Part shown: positions 1 to 8,027 of the stretch, piece after piece | Numbering within the stretch: the stretch's first letter is position 1 | Layout of the letters: every line of letters begins with the position of its first letter | IMG/VR virus record: IMGVR_UViG_3300030098_003834 | Location: 1 to 26,746 of that record | Direction: 5' to 3' (one strand) | Source: a virus | Taxonomy: Duplodnaviria; Caudoviricetes | DNA length: 26,746 nucleotides | Translations under genes and position numbers: made by a program | The notes under the pieces: model-generated | The model's input: the letters and a program-made list of their open reading frames with translations, nothing else | Told to the model about the DNA's origin: nothing | Database searches by the model: none

Positions 1-678
1 GAGATTGATACTGGCGATATGGTCGCTATTGCTGATTTCTTGGACAATATCTTTATGCCTGAGATTCAAATTGATGGTGGTTTGATTGTTGATGGTATAG
101 AATTTGCTGATGCTTTAACTGAAATTTTTGGTGAAGGAACAAGAGAAAGAAACAATAATTATGCTGCTGCATTGATTCATCATTATATGAAAGAAACCAA
201 TGATTTGAAGAGAGAGAATAAAGACTTTGAAGGAAAATCTATTAAAGAAAGAGCAAAACTATTTTATGCCGATTTTAAGGCTAGAAAACCATTCCCTGTA
301 TTTGCATTACCTCATTGGTTGGACATGAATCAAGGTATTCTAACAAAGGGAAAACCTGCTAAAAAGACAGCATATAATAGATTAAAGGCTATCTTTGAGT
401 CGGCTCAAGTGGACTTACCTGTTCTTCTTCACAAGTTATTGAAGGCCCACGATGTAATTAGGCAAGAATTAGGAAAGCCTATCATTTATGCACAGATTCC
501 TATGAATGAGTATGGAATTAACAAGATGATTACAAAGATGCAGGTTGATGAAAATATTGATTTGACTTCGTTTGAAGTGGAGCAAATCATTAAGGCAGTA
601 GATTCTCACGACAATATTTCAAAGGAGTATGGAATTAGCGGTGAACAAGTATATATGATTAAGGCATCTTTTAGGTGA
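1..678 (+). CDS. Hypothetical protein, probably 5'-truncated; possible C-terminal helix-turn-helix-like segment
   Basis: Frame is open from base 1 (GAG ATT GAT ACT GGC GAT ATG), so the ATG at 19 may be internal. C-terminus HDNISKEYGISGEQVYMIKASFR looks HTH-like. Stop TGA lies within the AGGTGA RBS of the next gene. Confidence 0.6.
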   Translation, partial: EIDTGDMVAIADFLDNIFMPEIQIDGGLIVDGIEFADALTEIFGEGTRERNNNYAAALIHHYMKETNDLKRENKDFEGKSIKERAKLFYADFKARKPFPVFALPHWLDMNQGILTKGKPAKKTAYNRLKAIFESAQVDLPVLLHKLLKAHDVIRQELGKPIIYAQIPMNEYGINKMITKMQVDENIDLTSFEVEQIIKAVDSHDNISKEYGISGEQVYMIKASFR

Positions 679-684
679 TGCTTC

Positions 685-2112
685 ATGACTAAAGTTCTCC
701 CTGCAATCTTTTCATATGAAAATATGAAAAGTAGGTTTGCTCAGGATAATCCTGACGACCCCTATACTCGCAGGGCTGATTTAGAATCTGGTATTTATGA
801 ATTAGATAGTTGGCTTATTCGTGTTGATGATAATAATAAAGCAATAGCAACCGTTGGTTTCAAAGAACACCCTTCACATACCGTTGTTGGGGGAATGTAT
901 GCTACTGCTGAAGGAAGACAGATTGGTGGAAATAGTCGAGCATTACAAGATGCAAGAGAACCGCAGTTGAATCCTTCAAAACCATTAGTTGCTGCTTTTG
1001 GACATAGAGATGGAGATAATGCTCGTTGGATTGCTAACGCAAAAAAGAATGGATGGTCTTTTCCAGATAGTCCAAATTGGGGACAAATGAGTAAATTATT
1101 GCCACCTGATGTTTTAAGTGCTTGGTTGTCCAAATATCCCGATAGAATGGCTATTCGACCTATTCGTAGCGAAGGCGAGTTTGCGAAGTGTGTTTATCTT
1201 GACGACCCTATGCCAGCATGGTTTAATCTTCTTAAATGGCTTCCTTCCACTGAGTTTGAAATTTTATTAGATAATAATGGCAAAAGAGTTACTTTTAAAG
1301 AAAAGAAAAGAAATAGGAGTAAGTATGATGATAGAATTTTTTATCATTCTGCTACTAATACTTGGATTAGACCTCATTACTTTGATAAAGGCGCAGCAAG
1401 AACAAAACATCAACCTTATGCAAATGATAGAACTCAAATAAACACTTGGTTAGAAAAATTGTCTCAAGAGAGTTTTTCTGGTAGGGCATGGTTTTATGTT
1501 AATGATGACCCTATGGACTTGAGTTATGTCGAAGTCATTAATATTCCTGTGGGTGGGAGATTACCTGAATCTATTAATAAAGTAACTAATAAAAAACCAG
1601 TAGAAGGAACTATGTTCAATTCATTTAGAGGGTCAAGAAGTGAATTAGATGCGTATTTAGGACATATAGGAGAAGATAAATTACTTGATTTTTGGGAAAC
1701 TGGAATTAAGGAAGGACATAAAGAAGGTGCTGATATGCATAATTCCGTTCCTAAAACACCCGATGATGTAAGAGCAAAAGAAAAATATGAAAGAGTTTCT
1801 TCGAGACTTAGCAAACTTTTTCCATTTAAAACATTTGATTCAAATAAAAATACATTAGGACATTACACTTCTGTTTTGGAAGTAGAGAATAGACTTCAAG
1901 AATTAAAAGATATTCCTTCAATAATAGAGAGAATTATACAACAAACTAAGAAAAATAAAAGAGAAAAGAAACAAAAATTTCTTGAAAAGGAATTACCTAA
2001 TGAAAAGGAACAACTAGAAAATTTCTTAAAAAGAAGAAAGGAATTAATTGCTGAAAATAAAAGGCTTTCAGGTATGTTTAAAAAATCTTGGTTTGATATT
2101 CTTAGGGTGTGA
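685..2112 (+). CDS. Hypothetical modular protein; possible N-terminal GNAT-like acetyltransferase fold; WFNLLK (internal) and WFDILR (C-terminal) motifs
   Basis: 475-aa ORF with AGGTGA RBS at 673-678. WLIRVDDNNKAIATVGF...TVVGGMYATAEGRQIGGNSRAL resembles the GNAT beta-strands and motif A (by eye, weak). Confidence 0.55.
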   Translation: MTKVLPAIFSYENMKSRFAQDNPDDPYTRRADLESGIYELDSWLIRVDDNNKAIATVGFKEHPSHTVVGGMYATAEGRQIGGNSRALQDAREPQLNPSKPLVAAFGHRDGDNARWIANAKKNGWSFPDSPNWGQMSKLLPPDVLSAWLSKYPDRMAIRPIRSEGEFAKCVYLDDPMPAWFNLLKWLPSTEFEILLDNNGKRVTFKEKKRNRSKYDDRIFYHSATNTWIRPHYFDKGAARTKHQPYANDRTQINTWLEKLSQESFSGRAWFYVNDDPMDLSYVEVINIPVGGRLPESINKVTNKKPVEGTMFNSFRGSRSELDAYLGHIGEDKLLDFWETGIKEGHKEGADMHNSVPKTPDDVRAKEKYERVSSRLSKLFPFKTFDSNKNTLGHYTSVLEVENRLQELKDIPSIIERIIQQTKKNKREKKQKFLEKELPNEKEQLENFLKRRKELIAENKRLSGMFKKSWFDILRV

Positions 2113-2116
2113 GTAA

Positions 2117-3547
2117 ATGGAACTTGAAACCTTTAATTTTGAACATGAGATGGATATGCAGTTATCCAAAAACTCATTTCCTTATTTCTTTCAAAATGTA
2201 TTAGGTTTTGATTTCCCATCATACATACAGGAATGGCATGAATTAATGAACACTACGCAAAGGACTGTAATTATTTGTTCAAGAGACCACGGAAAATCTG
2301 TATTTATGCATTCATGGGTTGTATGGAAATTAATCTTTGAAGAGCCTCCATATCAAATGCTTTACATTTCTTCTAACCAAAAACAGACTTTAGTTCACAT
2401 GAGAGATATTGACAAGATGTTTACTCATCCTATGCTCAAAAAATTTAAACCTGCAAGAGGTTGGGCTATTGGAAACATTACATTGACAAATGGCAATCAA
2501 ATCCTTGAAAGGTCGGTTGGTTCTCAGATTCGTGGACTTCACCCTCAAGAGATTATTATTGACGACCCTTTGAAAGAATTTAGTATGACTGGTATTCAAA
2601 AGGTTACGGATTGGTTTTATGGGGATATGATTCCTACACTTCACCATACTGCATCTTTGCGTGTTATTGGAACACCGTTTAGTTATACAGATATTTACCA
2701 GCAATTATCAGAAAATGCTGCTTATACTGTTAGAACATATCCGTGTTTAAATGCACTAAACGAACCGTTGTGGCCTGACCGTTGGAACTATGAGGCGTTG
2801 ATGGCTCGTAAGGCAGAAGTTGGTTCTTTAATGTTCACAAGAGAATATATGTGTGTGCCTATTTCAACAGGAACATCTCTCTTTAATCCAGAACATTTGG
2901 ATAATGCAAAGAATAAAGATTTGGTTTTAAAACCATTGAAGCGTGAAGGATATAAATACTTTATAGGCGTAGACCCTGCTATTTCAACAGATGGAGACTA
3001 TAACGTGATTACTGTTCTTGAAATGGATGAGAACGAAAATAAATCCATTGTATATATTGACCGAGCAAAGAACGTTCAATTTCGTGAGAATATACAGAAG
3101 GTGAAATTATTAAACCAAGTGTTCAGACCAGAAGTTATTCTGTTTGAAACAAATACATTCGCTAAATCTTTTACTCAGGAACTTCGTCAAGTCGCAGATG
3201 TAAATGTTCATGACTTCGATACAACCCGAAGAAAGAAACAGGAGATTATTCTCAATTTACAAATGACTCTTGAAAATGGAAAGATTAACTTCCCATACGG
3301 CAACGAAGAGAGTAGAAAAGTTTCTTCTTTATTGATTGAAGAAATGTCGATGTTTGCTATTACTGAACGAGGAAAATTTGAAGGAATTGGAGCGCACGAC
3401 GATATGGTTATGAGTCTTGCTTTAGCAAATGCAGCCACATATCAAGCATCAGATAACTTCATACTGCTTGACGATTTAGGGCTGTTTGGCGATGAACCAC
3501 AACGGCCACAACGAGGCTATTCCTCTACCATAGGTTTGAATTTTTGA
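2117..3547 (+). CDS. terL: Terminase large subunit
   Basis: Walker A ICSRDHGKS, IRGLHP followed by Walker B IIIDDP, coupling motif VIGTP, RNase H-like nuclease acidic motifs FIGVDPA and HDDMVMSLALA. Confidence 0.95.
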   Translation: MELETFNFEHEMDMQLSKNSFPYFFQNVLGFDFPSYIQEWHELMNTTQRTVIICSRDHGKSVFMHSWVVWKLIFEEPPYQMLYISSNQKQTLVHMRDIDKMFTHPMLKKFKPARGWAIGNITLTNGNQILERSVGSQIRGLHPQEIIIDDPLKEFSMTGIQKVTDWFYGDMIPTLHHTASLRVIGTPFSYTDIYQQLSENAAYTVRTYPCLNALNEPLWPDRWNYEALMARKAEVGSLMFTREYMCVPISTGTSLFNPEHLDNAKNKDLVLKPLKREGYKYFIGVDPAISTDGDYNVITVLEMDENENKSIVYIDRAKNVQFRENIQKVKLLNQVFRPEVILFETNTFAKSFTQELRQVADVNVHDFDTTRRKKQEIILNLQMTLENGKINFPYGNEESRKVSSLLIEEMSMFAITERGKFEGIGAHDDMVMSLALANAATYQASDNFILLDDLGLFGDEPQRPQRGYSSTIGLNF

Positions 3548-3556
3548 GGTATTTAT

Positions 3557-5164
3557 ATGACAGAACAGGCAGATAAATACCGTCAAGCGGCTCAACAAAT
3601 GAACCGTTTAGCCGATTTAGATGAAGAAGAAGAAGAAGTCAAAGATAGCATAGAAACAGAACTAGATACTGAATTGAAGAGTATCTTTAATAATTCTTAT
3701 GTTATGTCTGAGCATGAAGAAATTGTTAAATTATCTAATGCTTTTAATATTAATGCCAGTGATGCAAGAAAGAGGCTTTCTGTTTTTCCCAATGAATATA
3801 TTGTTCAGGAACATTCAATTCCTGATTTAGTTAGAAAGATGCGAAAGTCTCGTAGAGCATTAAAGGGAGAACATCGAACAAGAATGTCTAAAGCAATTGA
3901 TACAATGATTGATGCTTATACAGACCATTTAAACAAGTGCATTGATTCTATTACATGGCTATCTGATTATCAAGTTCCTTTGCGTAAGATGAGATATAAT
4001 GAAAAAGATTTATCTAAACTTCATAAGATGAAGAGTTCTGAATTAAGAAGAGAAACGATTGATGCTCTTTGTAAATACTGGGAAGCAGAATTAGAACAGA
4101 ATGGAATGGCTTATGGAAAAGAATACTCCGTATTGCATAAGACAATGAGTTTAGCAAAGAAAGAATTTAGAAATGCTATTGGTAAAATAACAGACCAGTC
4201 TTTAACAAAATCAAAGAGACAAAGAACAGAAGATTTCATTCTTAAAGCAGTTTGTGAAAATCCAGGAATTAATGCTGCTGGAATACACGAAAGAATGCCT
4301 TCTACTTTACATAAAGCATCAAGCCCTAATTCTATTTCAAAAGCCATTAAGAAGTTAGAAATCACTTCTATCAAGGGTAATTATTACAAAGTTCCTTCTA
4401 TGATTAAGAAAAACATTTGGGCTTATACTGCTGCATTTATTGACTCAGATGGTTATATTACTCTTGACCGCAATATGAATCCAAGAGTAGGATTAGTAGC
4501 AACAGGAACAAGGGGTCGTGCATTCATGGAAGAAATGCATAAGTCTCTTGGTTTTGGTCGTATGCACTTAGACCAAAAATCTCCACAGGCCACTCGATTA
4601 ATTAACAGGTTAAACTTTTATTCTCAAGATGACGTAACAAAATTATTGACAAAGTGTTTGCCTCATTTTAGATTAAAGAAAGGAAACGCTAAATTACTTC
4701 TTGAATTGATTCGTATGAAGAAATCTTACAAGAAAGCAGATTGGTATAAAGGCCGTTGTGATGAGATTTTTAAGTTAATGAAATGGGAAAACCATAAAGA
4801 CCATGTGGGGTTTGATTGGCTAAAAGAAGGCATTTATTTAGATGATATACAAAAATACAAAGATAATTGTAAGATGTCAGTTATGGATGAAATGGAAAAC
4901 ATTGGAACTATTATTAAGGGTTCTTCTAATCCATATTTAAGAGATAGAAAAAATTTAGGTGATAGAGAAGTAGATTTCATTATTTCTACTACTGAAAAAC
5001 TTTTAAGAAAGAAACCTGAAAATCTTGATGAAACAGGTAATAAAATATTTAAGGAATTAGAAAAAGCACATTTAATGTATAGGTCTGGTCAAAATTATAG
5101 TTATGCCATTGGAAGAATGCATAAATATATTAAAGAACACATTAAAAAATATGGAAAAATATAG
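3557..5164 (+). CDS. LAGLIDADG endonuclease-domain protein with N-terminal helical region and probable winged helix
   Basis: WAYTAAFIDSDGYITL is a LAGLIDADG helix, followed by the typical FMEEMHKSLGFGRM and LLTKCLPHFRLKKGNA segments. FILKAVCENPGINAAGIHERM...SISKAIKKL is wHTH-like. Confidence 0.8.
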   Translation: MTEQADKYRQAAQQMNRLADLDEEEEEVKDSIETELDTELKSIFNNSYVMSEHEEIVKLSNAFNINASDARKRLSVFPNEYIVQEHSIPDLVRKMRKSRRALKGEHRTRMSKAIDTMIDAYTDHLNKCIDSITWLSDYQVPLRKMRYNEKDLSKLHKMKSSELRRETIDALCKYWEAELEQNGMAYGKEYSVLHKTMSLAKKEFRNAIGKITDQSLTKSKRQRTEDFILKAVCENPGINAAGIHERMPSTLHKASSPNSISKAIKKLEITSIKGNYYKVPSMIKKNIWAYTAAFIDSDGYITLDRNMNPRVGLVATGTRGRAFMEEMHKSLGFGRMHLDQKSPQATRLINRLNFYSQDDVTKLLTKCLPHFRLKKGNAKLLLELIRMKKSYKKADWYKGRCDEIFKLMKWENHKDHVGFDWLKEGIYLDDIQKYKDNCKMSVMDEMENIGTIIKGSSNPYLRDRKNLGDREVDFIISTTEKLLRKKPENLDETGNKIFKELEKAHLMYRSGQNYSYAIGRMHKYIKEHIKKYGKI

Positions 5165-5176
5165 GAAGTGAAAAAA

Positions 5177-5386
5177 ATGGAATGGCAGGATATTTTAAAG
5201 AAAAAGAAAAAGAAGAAATCTACTGTAAATCAGTCTGGAAACTATACAAAACCTGGAATGAGAAAAAGAATTTTTAATAGAATTAAACGAGGAACAAAAG
5301 GTGGTGCGGCAGGTCAATGGTCTGCAAGAAAAGCGCAGATGTTGGCTCAGGCGTATAAGAGGGCTGGTGGCGGATATAAAAATTAA
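5177..5386 (+). CDS. Small basic protein with N-terminal WQDILK tag; resembles the N-terminal half of DUF5872-like proteins
   Basis: ATG at 5177 follows GGAAGTGA. GNYTKPGMRKRIF...GGAAGQWSARKAQMLAQAYKRAGGGY is a motif I recall from small marine-phage and DUF5872-type proteins. Confidence 0.7.
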   Translation: MEWQDILKKKKKKKSTVNQSGNYTKPGMRKRIFNRIKRGTKGGAAGQWSARKAQMLAQAYKRAGGGYKN

Positions 5387-5651
5387 TTGGCGTAATATTC
5401 TTAAAGCCAAATCAAAAAGGCAACAAGACTTATCTACTTGGACTGATGAAGATTGGGGAAGTGCTGAACAACACCGAGCAAAAGCAAAAGGAAAAAAAGC
5501 ACCATCTAAGACTAAAGGAAGATATATGCCGAAATCAACTTATCAAAGAACAGATAAAAAAACCTTAAGGTATCAAGACGCAAAGAAGAGAAAAGGTCGC
5601 AAAAAAGGTATTCAGCATGTTCCAACAGGAAAGAAGTTTAGTCAAAAGTGA
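5367..5651 (+). CDS. Small basic protein with WRNILK tag; resembles the C-terminal half of DUF5872-like proteins; start uncertain
   Basis: KSKRQQDLSTWTDEDWG...GRYMPK...KKRKGRKKGIQHVP. The track start at 5301 overlaps the previous gene deeply; in-frame GTG at 5367 (or non-canonical ATA 5376/ATT 5382) is more plausible. Confidence 0.65.
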   Translation: MADIKINWRNILKAKSKRQQDLSTWTDEDWGSAEQHRAKAKGKKAPSKTKGRYMPKSTYQRTDKKTLRYQDAKKRKGRKKGIQHVPTGKKFSQK

Positions 5652-5653
5652 TT

Positions 5654-5995
5654 ATGATGTGGCAAAAAATCTTAAAGGCTGACCCAAAGAAAGGAACAGG
5701 TAAGAAACCAAAAGGTTCAACAAGAAGATTATATACAGATGAAAACCCAAAAGATACTGTTCCTGTAAAGTTTAAAACAGCAAAAGATGTAAGAGGAACA
5801 TTTGCAAGCGGTTCGTTTAAATCAAAACCACATAAGAGACAATCACAAATAATTAACTTAGTTGAACAAAGAGCAAGAGTGGCGGCTAAAAGAGCAAAAG
5901 ACCCTGAAACAAAAAAGAGATTAAATGCAGCACATAAGGTAGCCTTAGCAAGAAAAGAATCAAGCAAAAGAAAAACGGAGAGGATGAAGAAATGA
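5654..5995 (+). CDS. Small basic protein with WQKILK tag
   Basis: ATG ATG TGG at 5654-5662. ADPKKGTGKKPKGSTRRLYTDENPKDTV resembles a conserved uncharacterised marine-virus family (recalled, unverified). Confidence 0.7.
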   Translation: MMWQKILKADPKKGTGKKPKGSTRRLYTDENPKDTVPVKFKTAKDVRGTFASGSFKSKPHKRQSQIINLVEQRARVAAKRAKDPETKKRLNAAHKVALARKESSKRKTERMKK

Positions 5996-6129
5996 AATGG
6001 GAAGAAATACTAAAACAAGATGTTAGCGAATTAGAAAAGATTGCTAAAGAGTTAGATAAAGCAATTGCTATGCATACTAGCCAAGCGAAAAGGATTCGTG
6101 AATATGTTAAAAAAATAAAAGAGAAGTGA
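5992..6129 (+). CDS. 45-aa helical protein with WEEILK tag (absent from ORF track)
   Basis: Translated by hand: MKWEEILKQDVSELEKIAKELDKAIAMHTSQAKRIREYVKKIKEK*. ATGA overlap with the upstream stop, fills the gap between neighbours, and carries the shared motif. Confidence 0.75.
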   Translation: MKWEEILKQDVSELEKIAKELDKAIAMHTSQAKRIREYVKKIKEK

Positions 6130-6135
6130 TAAATA

Positions 6136-6825
6136 GTGCCAATAACCAAAAAGAAGGACGGCTTTTATTGGGGTTCAAAAGGCCCATTTAAAACAAGAAA
6201 GAAAGCGGTTCAAGTTGCACAGGCGGCTTATGCTAGTGGTTATGTTAAAAAAAGTTGGTTTGATATTCTTAAAAAAAGAACTTGGCAAGGAAAGTTATCA
6301 AAGGATAAAAGTAAAATTTTACAAAGGAGTCCTAAAATAAAGTTAGATATTCCAAAAATGAGTTATCCAAAAGAGGAAACAGAAATACCTGCTATATTAA
6401 AGGTTATGAAAAAAAAGAAACTTACACCAAAACAAATGAAAGATTCTGACTTAAAACCAGAAATAGAAATGTTTAAAATAGTTGATGCAAATAAAAAAGA
6501 TTATGAAGATTTTATGAAGGACATAAACTATTATGCCATCTCTTTAAAAATGAAATATCAAAGACCACGACCTCACGAAATTTCAGATAAAATTCAAACA
6601 ACAAAAACAAAAACAGATGATACTCCTGCATTTCCAAGTGGACACTCAATGTTGGCTCATGGATTAGAAAAAGTATTAGGAAAGAAATACCCAAACAAAA
6701 GGAAAGAACTTAAAGAAATGGCAGATAGGATTTCTTTATCAAGAATGCAAATGGGAAGTCATTATCCAAGTGATATTCAAGCAGGAAAAAAATTAGGCTA
6801 TATGATAGGTGATAAGTATGACTAA
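6136..6825 (+). CDS. PAP2/haloperoxidase-superfamily phosphatase fused behind a short basic N-terminal module and an internal WFDILK motif
   Basis: All three PAP2 motifs are present: KMKYQRPRP (Kx6RP), FPSGHS (PSGH) and SRMQMGSHYPSDI (SRx5Hx3D). No transmembrane helices evident. Confidence 0.85.
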   Translation: MPITKKKDGFYWGSKGPFKTRKKAVQVAQAAYASGYVKKSWFDILKKRTWQGKLSKDKSKILQRSPKIKLDIPKMSYPKEETEIPAILKVMKKKKLTPKQMKDSDLKPEIEMFKIVDANKKDYEDFMKDINYYAISLKMKYQRPRPHEISDKIQTTKTKTDDTPAFPSGHSMLAHGLEKVLGKKYPNKRKELKEMADRISLSRMQMGSHYPSDIQAGKKLGYMIGDKYD

Positions 6826-7321
6826 CTGGCAAAATATATTAAAAAAACCATTTAAGGAAGACCCTGATGAAATGACTGATTTTATGAATATCAGTCCTAG
6901 AATGAAAATGGCAAAATTAGAGCGTCAAATTCTTAGAGAGATAGAGAAGGAAGGCGGAGCATTGGGAATGAAAAACCTAAAGCAATTCGGCAAAGAATCA
7001 AAAATCAAACAAGCCCTATCTAAGTTAAGAAAGGAAGGTAAAATCTTTATGCACGAAGATGGAGATATTTATACTCATAAACCAGAAGATATTGAAAAAT
7101 TTGGACTTCAATTTCAAGATGATAATGTAAAATTTGCATATAATCAAGCCTTTAAACAGTATGGAAAAAGACTTAAGAATGAAATGAAACGGGTTTATAA
7201 ATTTAATAATAGACCAATAACTCAACAAGACCTTGACCAAGCAAAAAGAGCAATTGGTTCACAAGGAGTTTCCTCTCTTCCTTCTATGAGGCAAACTGGA
7301 ACAAATATGCAAAGAGGGTGA
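6818..7321 (+). CDS. Hypothetical protein with WQNILK tag and probable winged-helix domain
   Basis: ATG 6818 after AGGTGA. LERQILREIEKEGGALGMKNLKQF...IKQALSKLRKEGKIFMHEDGDIY fits a wHTH pattern. Confidence 0.65.
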   Translation: MTNWQNILKKPFKEDPDEMTDFMNISPRMKMAKLERQILREIEKEGGALGMKNLKQFGKESKIKQALSKLRKEGKIFMHEDGDIYTHKPEDIEKFGLQFQDDNVKFAYNQAFKQYGKRLKNEMKRVYKFNNRPITQQDLDQAKRAIGSQGVSSLPSMRQTGTNMQRG

Positions 7322-7325
7322 TATA

Positions 7326-7610
7326 ATGGAAGAATGGCAAGAAATTCTTAAGAAGAAACCTTTCAAGGGTTATAACAAAAAGATTCACGCAAGAACAGGT
7401 GGATTAAGTGCTAAAGGTCGTGCCAAGTTTAAGCGTGAACAAGGTTCTAATTTAAAGCCACCAGTTACTACTAAACCAAGTAAATTAAAAAGAGGCAGCA
7501 AAGCAGCAAAAAGGCGTAAATCTTTCTGTGCGAGGTCAAGAGGATTTAAACGAGCCGACGGAACTTATAGTGAAAAAGCAAGAGCCGCCCGAAGAAGGTG
7601 GAACTGTTGA
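7326..7610 (+). CDS. Small basic protein with WQEILK tag; DUF6321-like
   Basis: GGLSAKGRAKF...GSNLKPPV...AAKRRKSFCAR...RRWNC matches a conserved phage family recalled from memory. GGGTGA RBS upstream. Confidence 0.7.
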   Translation: MEEWQEILKKKPFKGYNKKIHARTGGLSAKGRAKFKREQGSNLKPPVTTKPSKLKRGSKAAKRRKSFCARSRGFKRADGTYSEKARAARRRWNC

Positions 7611-7744
7611 AAGTATTAGGAAATCATAATTTTATGTATTGCGGCATATGTTACGCATTTGGAGATAAACCATTTGGATTCTGCAATTTATGTTGGATTG
7701 CACATGGCAAACCAAAAGGGATGAGTGAATCAAAATGGCAATGA
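7607..7744 (+). CDS. 45-aa zinc-finger microprotein (absent from ORF track)
   Basis: TTG start 7607 after AAGGTGG, overlapping the upstream stop. Translation MKVLGNHNFMYCGICYAFGDKPFGFCNLCWIAHGKPKGMSESKWQ* has CxxC-x10-CxxC, and its stop overlaps the next ATG (ATGA 7741-7744). Confidence 0.65.
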   Translation: MKVLGNHNFMYCGICYAFGDKPFGFCNLCWIAHGKPKGMSESKWQ

Positions 7745-7974
7745 CATGGAAAAAATTAAAAGAAGGTATTCTAAATGATGAATTGCCAAGAGATAGAACT
7801 AAATATGTTAGATATTCTAATCTTGCCTCTATCAATCAAAGAATGGTTATTTATTATTTAAAGTTAGGATTTAGAAAACCTGAAAATAGAGCCACCTATT
7901 TAAAGGGTATTTTAGATGAAATGCTTCGTTCAAGCAACGAAAGATATGACATAGAGGATAGAGGCCAACCATGA
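7741..7974 (+). CDS. Hypothetical protein
   Basis: ORF in operon context. ATG 7741 is coupled to the upstream stop (track start 7735 also possible). Confidence 0.6.
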   Translation: MTWKKLKEGILNDELPRDRTKYVRYSNLASINQRMVIYYLKLGFRKPENRATYLKGILDEMLRSSNERYDIEDRGQP

Positions 7975-8027
7975 CCGAAGCGTTGATAGGCAAGGATAGC
8001 GTAGGATTAAAACAGGGGGTGTAATTC

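Noticed and set aside
1-678. Terminase small subunit call for the first ORF
   Set aside because: Only proximity to terL and a weak HTH-like C-terminus support it, and the gene is truncated.
4417-4800. Intein or group I intron hosting the LAGLIDADG domain
   Set aside because: No N-terminal Cys/Ser block A or C-terminal His-Asn splice motif seen, and the terminase upstream is complete and uninterrupted.
5183-7352. Tag copies as a DNA repeat, CRISPR-like array or attC-like cassette sites
   Set aside because: Nucleotide sequences differ at synonymous and variable positions, spacing is irregular and there is no palindrome; conservation is at the protein level.
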